Below, piece by piece: positions 1 through 14,110 of a DNA stretch of 64,000 nucleotides. How positions within the stretch are numbered: the stretch's first letter is position 1; every line of letters begins with the position of its first letter. Position numbers and translations under genes: made by a program. The DNA is from Eledone cirrhosa (Eukaryota), in NCBI GenBank assembly GCA_964016885.1, contig OZ024740.1, positions 254,138,001 through 254,202,000 on the forward strand, given 5' to 3'. The notes under the pieces are model-generated. The model was not told the DNA's origin and made no database searches. It worked only from the letters and a program-made list of their open reading frames with translations.

Positions 1-1166
1 AAGACCGACTTCGTGAACGCCACCTAGATGGCGTTCGATCCCTACATAGTTTAGCTACTTGCCTAGTTAACGCGTCAATGGCTCTCAACATTGAGTCCTC
101 ACGAGGTGAAGCAGGCTGGGTTTTGAAAGCAGAAGAGGCAATGACCGAATCAGCCGAGGTAGGTTCTCTAGAAAATTCAATAATTCTGTCCGCAGAGGCA
201 GCAATTTGGTTTGCAAACGGGAGCACATTGGTTGGCAAACGGGAGAAGAATAACTTTTTTACGAAGGAACTGTTTCGGGCGCAGCATCACTGAGTTCACG
301 GATACGCCGTAAAAACTCTGTAGGAGTTCTGTCCCCCAGATTTTCATTCTCTAATAAGGAACGAACTTTACTCTGAGACGACCTACTGTTCCTACGCAGT
401 ACCTCTGTCTTCAAAGACTCGTAGGAAACGCCTTGTGGAGAGTCCGTGATTATGTCTTTTACTGTAATTGCTAGTGAAGCTGGAATTCCGCTGATTAGCA
501 CGTTTAATTTTTGCTGTTTTTCGTGTACTCCGTTGACCGCAAAATACGTATCGAGCTGGGCGAACCACAATTTGGCATCGCCAGAATACGCTGGTAACGA
601 TGTGTTGCTCATGATGAAATTTGGTCGAGAGAGATGATTTTCTTTTCAAAACGTCGGGAGAAATTATATGTTCAAACGTCGATAGAAATTATATGTTCAG
701 ACGGGGTCACCACTTTTAGTGAGTTCGTCCCAGGGTTACTTACTCCAGTAAGTACCACCGGAACCCAACTACTACATTTAATAGAAATAAGAGATAGGAG
801 AATTTTCATACAATTTCATGCCGTGTGAGAATTATCTCTCAATACATCTGAAGTAATAACTGAGGCATGATAAGCTTCTCAAAACAAGTATCAAAATAAC
901 TTGCGTTTATTGTAGTCCATGTATTACAAATGTGCTAAACAAATGCGCCTCGTGGCATGACAAGGTATAATCCTGAATTATAAGATATGGTTGAAAAAGG
1001 TTAGCATGCTTGCGCTCGATGTGATCAGTTTGAGAACAGCCGCCAAGAAGAGAGTAAGTGAGCAAGGGAGGTCAAGTGACGTCAGAACACTCCCTTATAT
1101 ACTGACCACGAGGAAGTAACTCCAATTAGTTTTTTCTCCCCAGGCAAGATGGCGCTAGTCGCTACA
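1..1166 (-). mobile_element. 5' end of Ty3/Gypsy-like LTR retrotransposon (LTR ~716-1166, PBS, gag)
   Basis: Minus strand starts TGTAGCG at 1166 and has a TATA-like TATATAAG near 1095. TGGTGACCCCG (tRNA-Trp-type PBS) lies at 702-712, followed by a gag-like ORF. Confidence 0.8.
259..612 (-). pseudogene. Gypsy gag N-terminal fragment
   Basis: Translation LPAYSGDAKLWFAQLDTYF...LGDRTPTEFLRRIREL resembles the invertebrate Gypsy gag N-terminus. Confidence 0.75.
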
Positions 1167-1292
1167 AATGTTTATAACTGATTCAGAACACTCGACAGAT
1201 TTCTGGAGTAAATATTCAATGACTATCCAAGGAAAATTCAACTGATAAGGTATGTTTCCTTGGCTATGTCAAAATTTATAAAACACACTTTG

Positions 1293-1354
1293 TATTTTAT
1301 CTGATGAAAGCGTACCAGAGTTTTTGGTACACTTGAAATATATATAATAGAATA
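1293..1354 (+). ncRNA. Minimal type I hammerhead ribozyme
   Basis: TATTTTAT-CTGATGA-stem II (AAGCGTACCA/TGGTACACTT)-GAAA-TATATA-TA-ATAGAATA; palindromic stem III. Confidence 0.8.
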
Positions 1355-1401
1355 AATATAGTTTTATAAATATAGTTTCCATTTATTTAATATCATTTAA
1401 T

Positions 1402-1436
<35 letters not shown>

Positions 1437-1440
<4 letters not shown>

Positions 1441-2185
1441 TATAAATTATGTCCATAGAATCATTTGATAAGATATATACTCAATTTCCTCTCCCAATTA
1501 GTATAATCAACCACACAAAAAACCAATTAAACCAGGCTATAAGATTAAAAGGCACCTATGAAGAAATAATAGATAAATAAACGACAGCCATCTATTCGCG
1601 ATCAACAGCTATAGAATATTTACCCACCATTTCAATAGCACGTGGAAATCGATTAAATATATCGTCAACCATACACAATTAGGTATAAAATTAAAGTTAG
1701 AAGAAAAAAGGCATATACACATACCAGGATTACGTTTCTAACCTTTAGGGTTTCGTTCGCTTTCGGGAATATCCTATCAAGGATAAATTCTCGAGCTTCG
1801 AACTCATCAGGAAACAAACTCACTAGGACGAAGATTTTTCTTAAATAATCCCCACCAGAAACGAATTCAAAATGGCTAAGAACTGTGACGTGGCAGTGGT
1901 CAAGTCAGAATGAATGTGATTGGTGCCTTACGGCGAGTGGGCTGGTTGCTAGAAAGCGCAACCTAATATTGCCTAAATTGCATCTCAACCTTATGGGAGA
2001 TTATCAAATATAAAGATTTGTATATAGATATATATGTTTTTGGCAACCATTCACGATGTGGCTCAATGATGAATTAATAAATTAAATAATCAGAGCAATA
2101 TACTGTAAATTATGTCCATAGAATCATTTGATAAGATATATACTCCATTTCCTCTCCCAATTAGCATAATCAACCACACAAAAAA
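1437..2185 (-). mobile_element. Non-coding PLE-like element with ~85 bp direct terminal repeats, between (TA)n tracts
   Basis: 1437-1522 is repeated at 2100-2185; contains an HHR; a homologous region lies at ~46700-47230. Confidence 0.6.
1734..1815 (-). ncRNA. Type I hammerhead with extended stem II (stem III slightly degenerate)
   Basis: Reverse complement reads GTTTC-CTGATGA-GTTCG...CGAAC-GAAA-CCCTAAAGG-TTA-GAAAC. Confidence 0.65.
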
Positions 2186-2200
2186 AATATATATATATAT

Positions 2201-4612
2201 TTTACTCTTTTACTCTTTTACCTGTTCCAGCCATCCGGCTGGGGCCATGTTGGGGCACCGCCCTTGTCGCTACGCATTTTATCTCCAGCCTGTATTGGTT
2301 GGCCACTGGTGCAAGAAGGAGTTTGTTGCTGCTGCCCTTAGGTTTCCCTCGTGTCTTGCTGTGGGCTCATCCGGGATCCTGGATAGAAAGGTGTCGAGAT
2401 GTTTCTTGAAGACATCCACATCCACACCATGCAGATCTCTCAGATCCCTCGGTAGCTTGTTGAAGAGTTGAGGACCCTTGAACCCCAGGCTATTGCAATA
2501 TCTGCTCCTTATTCTATATGTGGAAGACGGGACCTTTGGCACAACACAGTGACGTCCTGTTCGACGGTTGGTCCAGCTCCCAATGCCAAGTTTGGTGCTA
2601 GTCCCTCCAGGATTTTCCACATGTAGATCACTGCGTATCTCTCCCGTCTTCGTTCCAAGGAGTAGAGGTTCAGTTCTTTTAGCCTCTCCCAGTAGCTTAT
2701 CTCCTTCATCGTCGCAATCCTCTTGGTGTAGCTTCGCTGGATTGCCTCAAGCTCCGTAGTTAGGCACTATGTGGTGACCACAACTGGGAGCAATAGTCCA
2801 GGCGGCTTAGGACAAATGTCCTCCATAGTTTCAACATGGTGTCTCAGTCTCTTGTCCGGAAAGTCGTCAAGATCCAGCCAGCGAGTCGTCTGCACATTGT
2901 CGCCACTTTCATGATGTGTGAGGAAAAAGATTCATCATCGCTCATGTCTATACCCAGGTCTCGTATCGATTTTGACGCGGGGATATCGGTCACTCCTGGT
3001 CCTGCGTAACTGTGTTGTACTGTATTTGTGTTTGCAGGTTTGTATTGTAGGGCTTGGAATTTGCCAGCATTAAACTGCATGTTGTTGTCGTCCGCCCATT
3101 TGTATATGGCATCCCGACCGTGTTCTAAAAGGGCAGCGTCAGCCGGGTTTTTTATTGCCTGTGCTACCTTAGTGCTATCAGCATAGCTAGTGAGGGATGT
3201 TGTTGTATATACTACAGAGGGCATGTCTGAGAGAGCCACCAAAAAACAGTAGTGGTCCCAGGACTGTGCCTTGGGGCACCCCACTTGTTATTGATGTTTC
3301 CTTTGAGAGGGCCCCGTTTGCTGCAACTGTCTGGCTTCTGTTCTTTAAGAAGTCGTGCAGCCACTCACCTACTTTTCCAGTTATGCCGAGTCTGTGTAGT
3401 TTGTGACACATCATTCCATGGTCGACCTTCTCAAAGGCCTTCGCAAATTCAAGGTATATCACGTCCATATGTGAGCTGTCTAGCAGTTGTTTCAGTACCC
3501 AGTCGAGGTGATGTAGCCGCTGTGTAAGGCAGCTTCTTCCTGGGCGAAGGCCATGCTACGTGCTAGTCAGGCGGTCATTTTCCTCGAGGAAAGTGATCAG
3601 TTTCTTTCTGATGACTCGCTCCATGACCTTACTGATATGTGACATCAGGGAGACTGACCTATAGTTTTTGGCCTCCGCTCTGCTACCTCCTTTAGGGCAT
3701 ATTGTGCCTTCTTTCAGCTCCCTGGGTAGTATACCGCTAGCCAAGGAACTTCTGAAGAGCGTCTTCAGTGGAGTTGCTAAAGCCCGCTTACATGTTTTTA
3801 AGAGGACTGCTGGGAATCCATCAGGTCCAGCAGTTGAGTCTGTTCTAATTTCATCTATGGCGTATACCACATCCTCCTCCGTTATGTCTATGTGGTTGAT
3901 GGTCGCCATTTCTTCATGTAGTGTTGTGGCATCAAAGAACTCCTCTGGCTTTGTTATTTGCATGTGCCTCAGTGGACATGTGAAGACACTTTTGTACTGT
4001 TCGTTCAGTATTTCACTTATCTCTGGGGAATTGTCGGTTAATGAACTGTCTGTATGGAAGAGTGGCCCAATCTTTCAGTGTACCGAGGCAGTTTCTTTTG
4101 CAGGTTTAAAGAAGGCATTGGGGTTTGTTTTAATATTTTCTATGGCTCTGCTTTCTTTCTTTGCCCTCTCATTTTCATGGGAAAGTTTGAGTGCAATCTC
4201 GGTGACAAGTAGTGCACATTTCAAATAGGGGTCCTTCTTGTTTTTGTTTTCTTGTTGTGCATTCAACTGGTTTGAGAGCTTGGTTCTTCGTCTCATAAGG
4301 ATTTTCCTATCTCTGGGAATAAGACTTTTGTGTCTGTTTGCCTTTTTCTCCGGGACAAACTTTTGCATATAGTGTGTATCATTGTCATGAAGTGTTGAAA
4401 TTGTGTGCTGGTGTCTTGTGTGGCGGTGTTTTCGCTCCATATTTGCTTCCGGATTTCTTTTCGCTCCGGATTTGCTTCCGGATTTCTTTTTCCAGTCAGC
4501 CCTGTAGAAGTTAAGGCTGGATAAGGTCCCGGTGCTTCATGATGGTTGTGTCTCGGTTGGTTCTCTTGGATCACATATCATTAGTTCTACTAAGTTATGA
4601 TCCGAGAAAATT
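2201..4612 (-). mobile_element. CR1/L2-type LINE, 5'-truncated, decayed RT
   Basis: ORF fragments DVIYLEFAKAFEKVDH, SGVPQGTVLGPLLF, YADS, SYWERLKELNLYSLERRRER; 3' (TAAAAGAG)n tail. Confidence 0.9.
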
Positions 4613-4846
4613 GTTGGAGCAAGAAAACCCAGGTAACGTGCGGGTTCTTCAGTAACGGGACGTTCTGGCATGGCGAGACAGGGATAGGCTGCAGATTCGC
4701 TCATCCCAGGCCCCAAGCGAACTATGCCCATCCTACTCGCACAACATACCCCAGCCAAAGCCAAAAGAAGCCGCTCCAGAAGTATGCTGATGTCGCGCGT
4801 GCCGCTCCAACAAGGAGAAGGCACATACATACATATATATTCACAC

Positions 4847-4904
<58 letters not shown>

Positions 4905-6507
4905 ATGAGAGGAAAGAAGAATACTGCGTGGTTTGCACATGGGTTACATATGATAAAAATAGTCCTTAGTCAGTGATTTTCCAACCATCATTGGTATTTC
5001 ATCGCATTAAAAATCAGATACCTCAGGTTGGTGCGAGCAATAACTAAAAAAAGTTATTGGGACCAGAATTCGCGTAAGGCGAGGGGGACAAGTAAACAAC
5101 ATAGAAGGATAAAAGCAAACCGAAGATAGGAAAATAAACAAGCAACATGGTTGTCCGGTCAGCATAAGCTGGGTGGATTTCATGAGCGAGAGGGGTACAG
5201 ACCGTGTTGATGTGTGTGAGATGTGAGCAAGAAGAGACCCACAGAAGCTGACACGTTGATATACATAACATTTTATTAACTTTGATCCAAACCATTATTG
5301 CTCTATCTTTATTTTCCTATCTAAGTTTTAAATTTTAGTTTAAATATCCAACCCGTATATTTTTACGGAACTTATTTTTAACTGTGAATCATTCATGTGT
5401 TTACATTTTTTATTTTTTATTTATAATATGTATGTAATTATCTTTTGTAAGTTTTTAAATATACCTACCGTATTTTTATATCCATGATTCAAATATAGAG
5501 CAAATATCCAATCTATAAATTATTACGGACCTTATTTTGAACTCTGAATTATCCATGCATTTATTATTATTTTTCTTATATATATGTATGTATTTAACTG
5601 TAACACGTTGAAATCTATTATATAAGATTATAATCGTTATCATTTACCTAAAGTATACTGTATCACGAATACTTAATATATATCTATATATACCTCCATG
5701 TATCTCTCTATACATAATTTTTAGATAACTTCTAAATTTCTAGATTATTATTTATTTTGAACTGTGAATAATTCATGCATTTACACCCTTTTATATATAG
5801 GTATCTATTTAACTTTAGCATGCTTCAATCTATTATTTTATATTCGTTATCATTTACCTAAAATATACTGGCTCATTAATATATCTCTATATACATAATC
5901 GTTATTTAAATATTTCTAACAATAAGTACTTTATAAGCTTTACATACCGAAAATTTTGACATTTTTATAGGTAATCTTCGTTAAAGTTTACATTTAGAAA
6001 AATATTCAACAGTGTAAATTTTCCTTTCCTCATAAAATTCAGAAGTTTAGAAATGTTAATACACTTATAGAATTTATAAAATTAATAAATATAAATAACT
6101 GCAACTTTTAAAAAACCTAAAATCTTGATTGTTCACCCTTAAAATAACATAAATTAAATATTTTGAAACTTAACCGTTTAGCTTTTGGGAAAAAATCTCT
6201 TTCTGCATATATTACTCCCCTTTATCTTTCCCTCTCTTTAAATCTTCTTTCAGCGGCCCCCAGGGACAGTTATAATTCATGAGATGTTTTCCTAGATAAC
6301 CATAACTTGTAGTATCCTACATTTTAAAATCTCTATAGCTGTCACATTAACCAACGTTTTTCTTACTCACACATTCTCTATTGAATTTATTACGTTTTCG
6401 CATTTTCTCATTATTATAGTATAAATGTTGAATTTTCTCTTTGGTTAATCAGTACCTTGACTAAATCTTAACCATTTCACATCTCAGGGTATGTCATGTG
6501 TCATTAT

Positions 6508-6560
6508 ATTTTGTCTGATGAGGACGTACTGTTGTACCTCCGAAATATGTATAATAAAAT
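6508..6560 (+). ncRNA. Minimal type I hammerhead ribozyme
   Basis: ATTTTGT-CTGATGA-GGACGTAC TGTT GTACCTCC-GAAA-TATGTA-TA-ATAAAAT, ~140 bp before a (TA)n array. Confidence 0.8.
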
Positions 6561-6699
6561 TTAATTGATCAAAAGAACATCTATTTTATTAATATTTGTA
6601 TTTAAATATTAATAACTCTGGAAAATTATTTCTTGTAGAGTGCTTCCAATCTACTGTAAAACTCATTCTTTGATATACTCATTGAATCTTGTTTAACTC

Positions 6700-7482
<783 letters not shown>

Positions 7483-7646
7483 ATATATATATACATATAT
7501 ATACATATATATACATATACATATATATACATATACATATATATACATATACATATATATACATATATATACATATATATATATATACATATATATATAC
7601 ATATATACACATATATATGTATATACATATATACATATATACATAT

Positions 7647-7726
<80 letters not shown>

Positions 7727-8034
7727 CAACTCTTGGACTTCAGCAAGGGGGAAGATTTAACTATCTGTGTTTACACATTAAAAAGGTAATATTTGAAACT
7801 CTAGTTAAACTTTAATTAGTTACCTACATAGCTTTGTGTGATTACACACTTTACAAATTATCCCCTGCGATTGTTTCATGTGTTTATTTTAAATATATAT
7901 ATATGTCAATCAATTTCTAGTTGATATAAAATGCTCGGATCTATTCATTGGAATCTTTGATCTTATTCTACGGTGGATATGGCGCATGTCTCGGACATGA
8001 CACACTTAATTTAATTAAATTTAATTAATTTTAG

Positions 8035-8065
<31 letters not shown>

Positions 8066-8519
8066 GCTTTCACTGTATTTTTTACTAAAAGAAGTTTAGC
8101 CTGCTAATAGGATTTAGAACCCTCAGATAAATGGAAAAAGATGAGTATTGACGTACATGGGAGTCGAACCCACATCTTTGGTTATCGCGACCACTGTGCT
8201 ACCATTACACCAACACATCACCCATCTCTTTCCATTCAAATTAGAAGCTACATTCTTAGCGAGTTTAATTTCTAATTTCAAACCTGCTCACTGTTTCAAA
8301 ACATACTTACTTGCCATTTAAACTCGCTAAGAATGTAGCTTCTAATTTGAATGGAAAGAGATGGGTGATGTGTTGGTGTAATGGTAGCACAGTGGTCGCG
8401 ATAACCAAAGATGTGGGTTCGACTCCCATGTACGTCAATACTCATCTTTTCCCATTTATCTGAGGGTTCTAAACCCCATTATCAGGCTAAATTTCCTTTA
8501 GTCAAAAATACGGTGAAAG
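8066..8519. mobile_element. Foldback element with a tRNA-like sequence in each arm
   Basis: Arms ~8066-8268 and ~8317-8519 are reverse complements. Confidence 0.8.
8367..8437 (+). other. tRNA-derived (pseudo-tRNA/SINE head) sequence; mirror copy at 8149-8219 on minus
   Basis: A box TGGTGTAATGG, T-arm GTGGG-TTCGACT-CCCAT, G-U-rich acceptor GATGTGT/GTACGTC; atypical anticodon loop CGCGATA. Confidence 0.65.
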
Positions 8520-8542
8520 TTATTCTATTTTCTAATTTCAAA

Positions 8543-8674
8543 TCCTGGACATGCTCACCGACATCCAGAGTTGACATTGCACTCAGTGCTCCTTTGGGAT
8601 CCCCAACATGGACACACTGGAAGAGGAAAACCAATGTTAACGTATGTTCATGCCCTAAGGACAGACGCCCTAGA
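8543..8674 (+). mobile_element. 3' end fragment of the RTE-like LINE family at 8872-10435
   Basis: Reverse-complement similarity to 8955-9065; ends CTAGA followed by (TA)n. Confidence 0.7.
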
Positions 8675-8693
8675 TATATATATATGTACATAC

Positions 8694-8726
<33 letters not shown>

Positions 8727-8743
8727 CATATATATATACATAC

Positions 8744-8846
<103 letters not shown>

Positions 8847-8871
8847 CATATATATGTACATATATATATAT

Positions 8872-10435
8872 CTAGAGCGGGTAACATTCCCGAGATCCAT
8901 GGACGAGTTCTCTCCAGCGGTCTCTGTCCCTCATTATCGCTGCCATCTCCTCCGTCTGTCCTTAGGGCATCAACCTTAGTCTTCCTGTTCTAGTGTGTCC
9001 ATGTTGGGGCTCCCACAGGAGCATTGAGTGCAATGTCAACTCTGGATGTCGGTGAGCATGTCCAGCTAACCTCCGTCTCCTCTGTGTCACTTTTGAGCTG
9101 ACTTTTGGGAGGCTCCCATACAGCTCTGAGTTTTTCATCTTCAGTGTATACTGATTAATGTTCAGAGCCATCCTCAGCATTCTTGTGTAGCACCCATCCA
9201 CCATCTGAGTGAGTTTCTTGGTCAGTGTCCAAGTCTCAGACCCGTACAGCAGCACAGACTCCACTACAGCAATGAAGAGGCGGATTTTCAGGTCTTTACG
9301 AAGGTCCGACTTCCACACCGATCTCAAGCTGTGGCACGCCGCCCAGGCTTTGTTCTTCCTCTCAACCACATCATCTTCCGTATTCCCAATCTTTTCTCCC
9401 AAATACAGGAAGTCCTCAACCAATTCTAGTGGCTTCCCGCCTACATTAGTGATCCCCTCTGGCTTCTCAACGTTCTCTACCAGATATTTTGTTTTAGTCT
9501 CATTCATTCTTAGCCCCACACTCATCGACACAGTCTCAACCTCCCGCATCAAATCCTATGCCTCCTTCACTGTATTTGTCACCAAAACTATGTCGTCGGC
9601 AAATTCAGCATCCGATATCTTTTTCGCCTTAACTCTCCTGCTCTGAGCCGGTCCTAGAGTAAAGCCAGAGTCCTGGTGTTTCTCCAGTGCAAGGCGCATA
9701 CAATAGTCCATTACGATGATAAAAAGGTAGGGAGCCAATGTATCTCCCTGGAGCACTCCAGTATCTACAAGAACTCTGTCATCCCATCAGGTGTAATGAC
9801 TTGGGCTTTGGTGTTGGTGTAGAGCAGTGATATCAGGTCCACTATCTTCTTGGAGATTCCATAGGCCTGTAAGATCTTCATCAGGCAGTGACGGTCTACA
9901 GAATAAAAGGCCTTCCTAAAGTCAATGAAAACCATGACCGCACGAAGGAACTTTGCTCTAGCTCCCTCTAATATCCTCCTCAGCATCAGGATGTGGCTAG
10001 TGGTTGACCTTCCCTCTTTGAAGCCGTTCTGGTTGTCCATGAGTCTCTTCTCCATCTCAAGCTGGATCCTGTTAAGAATCATCCTGTTGAGGGTCTTTGC
10101 ATCAAGTGACCTCAGAGAGATCCCCCTGTAGTTGCCACTGATTCGGGGCAACTCCTTTCTCCAGTGCCTGGTTACAGAACCCCAGGATGATATCATCATA
10201 ATCACACCTCTTCATCACCTCTTATGCCACTCCATCTTCTCCATGAGCCTTGCCCTCCTTGATCTTCTTCTTCATTCTCTGAAGCTCCTCTCTGGTGAAG
10301 GGTTCGGTCTCTATATCGAGTTCTTCAAACAGCCGCCTGATATCCCCAGTGCTCTGGGCTGTGGAGGGTGGCTCTCCTAGTAGGGTCCTAAAATGGTCTA
10401 GCCATTTCCTCTTCCTATCCTCGGGCACTGTTCCG
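8872..10435 (-). mobile_element. RTE-clade LINE, 5'-truncated, decayed RT
   Basis: NYRGISL, FIDFRKAF, LQGDTLAPYLF, EFADD, SVLLYGSETWTL motifs across frameshifted ORFs; both ends abut (TA)n. Confidence 0.85.
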
Positions 10436-10438
10436 ATA

Positions 10439-10524
<86 letters not shown>

Positions 10525-10533
10525 CATACATAC

Positions 10534-10606
<73 letters not shown>

Positions 10607-10657
10607 CATATATATATACATACATATATATATATATATATACATACATATATATAT

Positions 10658-10688
<31 letters not shown>

Positions 10689-10726
10689 CATATATATACA
10701 TATATATATATACATATATATATATA

Positions 10727-11573
10727 AAGAATTAGTATATCTACCAACATATTTATACAGACGTATACTTACGCTAGTAAAGATATAGGTTTTGTCTTAG
10801 TAACTTTGTGGTTCAATACAAAGAGATGTAGAACAATTATATAAAAGACATAAAATTAGAAAATTATAGTAATTAACTTACTTACTTAAATTTCACTCCA
10901 ACTAATTAGTTTCTGAAAGGGGATATGCATAGTCTTCAAGTGGAGACCATGGAGAATCTTTTCTTCATCAGGGAGTCATTCTCGGCTAAGATTCCTGGCG
11001 ATGCGTGGACACAGGGAACTTATACAAAAATAATTCAGTGGATGGAAAAAAGCAAGCGCGGACTAAATTCCAGGACACTGAAAATTTCACTGCCTTCCTG
11101 GTCGGTGGCAGATTCAAAAGAATCAATCACGTGGCATCGAGGTTAATCAGTGAGGAGTGGGGTGTTAAAAAGACATCTCCAAATTATTTTATTGAGCAAA
11201 AATATTCATAAATTACTAGTATGGTCATAGTATTAGTTTGGCTACTGTCTTTTTAACACCCCACTCCTCACTGATTAACCTCGATGTCACGTGATTGATT
11301 CTTTTGAATTTGTCACTTACCAGGAAGGCAGTGAAATTTTCAGTGTCTTGGAATTTAGTCTGCGCTTGCTTTTTTCCATCCACTGAATTATTTTTGTATA
11401 AGTTCCCTGTGTCAGCGTATTGCCAGGAATCTCAGCCGAGAATGACTCCCTGTTGAAGAAAGGATTCTCCATGGTCTCCATATGAAGACTATGTTTATCC
11501 CCTTTCAGAAACTAATTAGTTGGAGTGAAATTTAAGTAAGTTAATTACTATAATTTTCTTATTTTATGTCTTT

Positions 11574-11576
<3 letters not shown>
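10727..11576. mobile_element. Foldback PLE derivative (arms ~10841-11178 / 11246-11575) in (TA)n; related copy at 13860-14358
   Basis: Long inverted repeat with a one-sided extension; carries an HHR. Confidence 0.8.
10895..10976 (-). ncRNA. Type I hammerhead, palindromic stem III; mirror copy at 11445-11526 has a mutated core CTGTTGA
   Basis: ACTCC-CTGATGA-long stem II-GAAA-CTAATTAG-TT-GGAGT. Confidence 0.7.
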
Positions 11577-11645
<69 letters not shown>

Positions 11646-11995
11646 TATATAGATATATATATATAGATATATATTTATTAAAATAAGAGATTAAAGTTTA
11701 AGCAAAGAATCGCTGCTTTCACCCTAACCAGCCCTCTTTGGATTTTAGTCTTCAACTTTATTATTATTACTATATACATATATATACATATATATACATA
11801 TATACATATATATACATATATACATATATATACATATATATACATATATATACATATATATACATATATATACATATATATATATATTTATATATATATA
11901 TACATATATACATATATACATGTATATATATACATATATATACTTATATATACATATAAATTACACAATAATCAAAGCTGTTCAAATCATTTTAT

Positions 11996-12042
11996 TGCTG
12001 ACAATCGTTTCTTCCAAACTATCGTTTGGAATCATCGGAGTA
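11996..12042 (-). ncRNA. Hammerhead-like fold with CCGATGA core
   Basis: ACT-CCGATGA-TTCCAAAC GATA GTTTGGAA-GAAA-CGATTG-TC-AGCA. Confidence 0.6.
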
Positions 12043-13265
12043 GTAGCAATGTTTGTACATATAATTGACCTCCTATTCAACTGATCAATGATATAGATAC
12101 ATGGATATTAATGTTGTCAACAGTTTCGTATTTACAAGGTGGAATGGATGCGACATAGATTACAAGAGAATTGATGTCATCCTTGCGGCCCGAAAAACTA
12201 TAATTACTTTTGAAGATCAATTATGGACCCGCAAAGATACACATAACAACTTTGACATAACTATGGGATCTAGTGACTCGGCGCAGGTCACCGATTTGGT
12301 CGGCCTATATCTCTTAAATGAAATTCATAAGCACCTACCCTACCTCGATGGTGGTTTATACCGTGATGATGCACTACTTCTTATTGACTATAAAAAATTT
12401 AATATAGAAAGAACCAGGGAACAATTACATTCACTTATAACAATATAATGTATATTAATAGCACAAGAGATTTAACTAATTAGACCTGTAATCAACTATA
12501 CATTTTTTTCCTGTAACTTTCTTATACTTTATTAAGTAATGAATAGATAACAATATAACGGGACCTTTAATGTATTATAGGAAAATAGATTCTATTCAAA
12601 ATTAAATATAAACTAATAGCATTATATAAAAGGGATTCACTTGTAATATAATGTATATCAACACAAAGATTTTAGCAGATTGGCACTGTAAACAACTTTA
12701 CATTTTTCTAATTCCTATAATATACAATATAATCGCTAGTTACCTCTCCTTTCGTATTAGCTCCCCTCAATATAGATCAAACTCACTTCCGGAAATTAAA
12801 CCGTTAGTAAAATCACTCCACAGAAACTTGAAACCCTGATAACAATATAATAGGACCGGTGTACAATCCATGGCTGTGACTGATTAAAAACATTCACTAA
12901 AATAAAACATAGCCAATGTAATGGAAAAGATAGCAATAACATTGATACTCTCAGCACATATACATTAGAACATTACAGAAATAACAGTCACACTACATCC
13001 ACCATAAAGCCATAGTTTTAATACAAAAACAGCTTTGCCTGATATGCTTATTTCATGTGATACCTTTGCCTTGCAAAAAATTATATATGCCTAATACCAT
13101 TGCTTGTTTCCTCCCTATGTATGACTAATGCATTTGCACTCTCTTAACGCTTGCAATGTACTGCTAGTGTCCTCGTTTTACGAGTAACTTTCTACCTTAA
13201 TGCCTCTTTAATTGTTATACTATTCCCTTATAATCTCTGTCGCTTGCATTCCACTCTGTACCTTT

Positions 13266-13499
13266 ATAATTTTTAATTTTTAATTTTTAATTTTTATTTT
13301 TTAATTTTTAATTTTTAATTTTTAATTTTTAATTTTTAATTTTCAATTTTCAATTTTTAATTTTTAATTTTTAATTTTTAATTTTTAATTTTTAATTTTT
13401 AATTTTTAATTTTTAATTTTTAATTTTTAATTTTTAATTTTTAATTTTTAATTTTTAATTTTTAATTTTTAATTTTTAATTTTTAATTTTTAATTTTTA
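13266..13499. repeat. (TTTTAA)n hexamer array inside the PLE 3' region
   Basis: Directly visible. Confidence 0.95.
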
Positions 13500-14027
13500 T
13501 TATTGTACAATTCTCTTGTAATCTATGTCGCATTCATTCCACCTTGTAAATACGAAACTTTGACAACATTAATATCCATGTATCTATATCATTGTTCAGT
13601 TGAATAGGAGGTTAATTATATGTACAAACATTGCTACTGCTCCGATGATTCCAAACGATTGTCAGCAATAAAATGATTTGAACATAGCTTTGATTATTAT
13701 GTAATTTATATTCCGGCTCTGTAAAACATCTCATGTATTTACATTGAGCTATTTTTTCTTACTGATAGTAATAAATTACTGACATTTCCTGTTTATAGTT
13801 GTATATAGTGCATACATAACTATAAATAATATTATTATATATACATATATATATATATAAAGAATTAGTATATCTACCAACATATATATACAGATGCATA
13901 CCTATGCTAGCAAATATATAGGTTTTGTCTTAGTAACTTTGTGGTTCAATGCAAGGGGATGCAGAACAATTATATGAATGACGTAAAATAAGAAAATTAT
14001 AAAAATTAACTTACTTACTAAAATTTC

Positions 14028-14110
14028 ACTCCAACTAATTAGTTTCTGAAAGGGAATAAACATGGTTTCCAAATGGAAAGCATGGAGAAGCCGTTTCGTC
14101 ATCAGGAAGT
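14028..14110 (-). ncRNA. Type I hammerhead (same family as 10895)
   Basis: ACTTC-CTGATGA-...-GAAA-CTAATTAG-TT-GGAGT. Confidence 0.7.

Larger units (their letters stand above)
11958..13830 (+). mobile_element. Decayed Penelope-like element with inverted pseudo-LTR
   Basis: RT fragment FDITMGSSDSAQVTDLVGLYLL...GGLYRDD at ~12175-12448; 11958-12173 is the reverse complement of ~13508-13710. Confidence 0.85.

Noticed and set aside
8367-8437. Functional tRNA gene
   Set aside because: Atypical anticodon loop, weak acceptor stem, and location inside a foldback repeat; treated as tRNA-derived.
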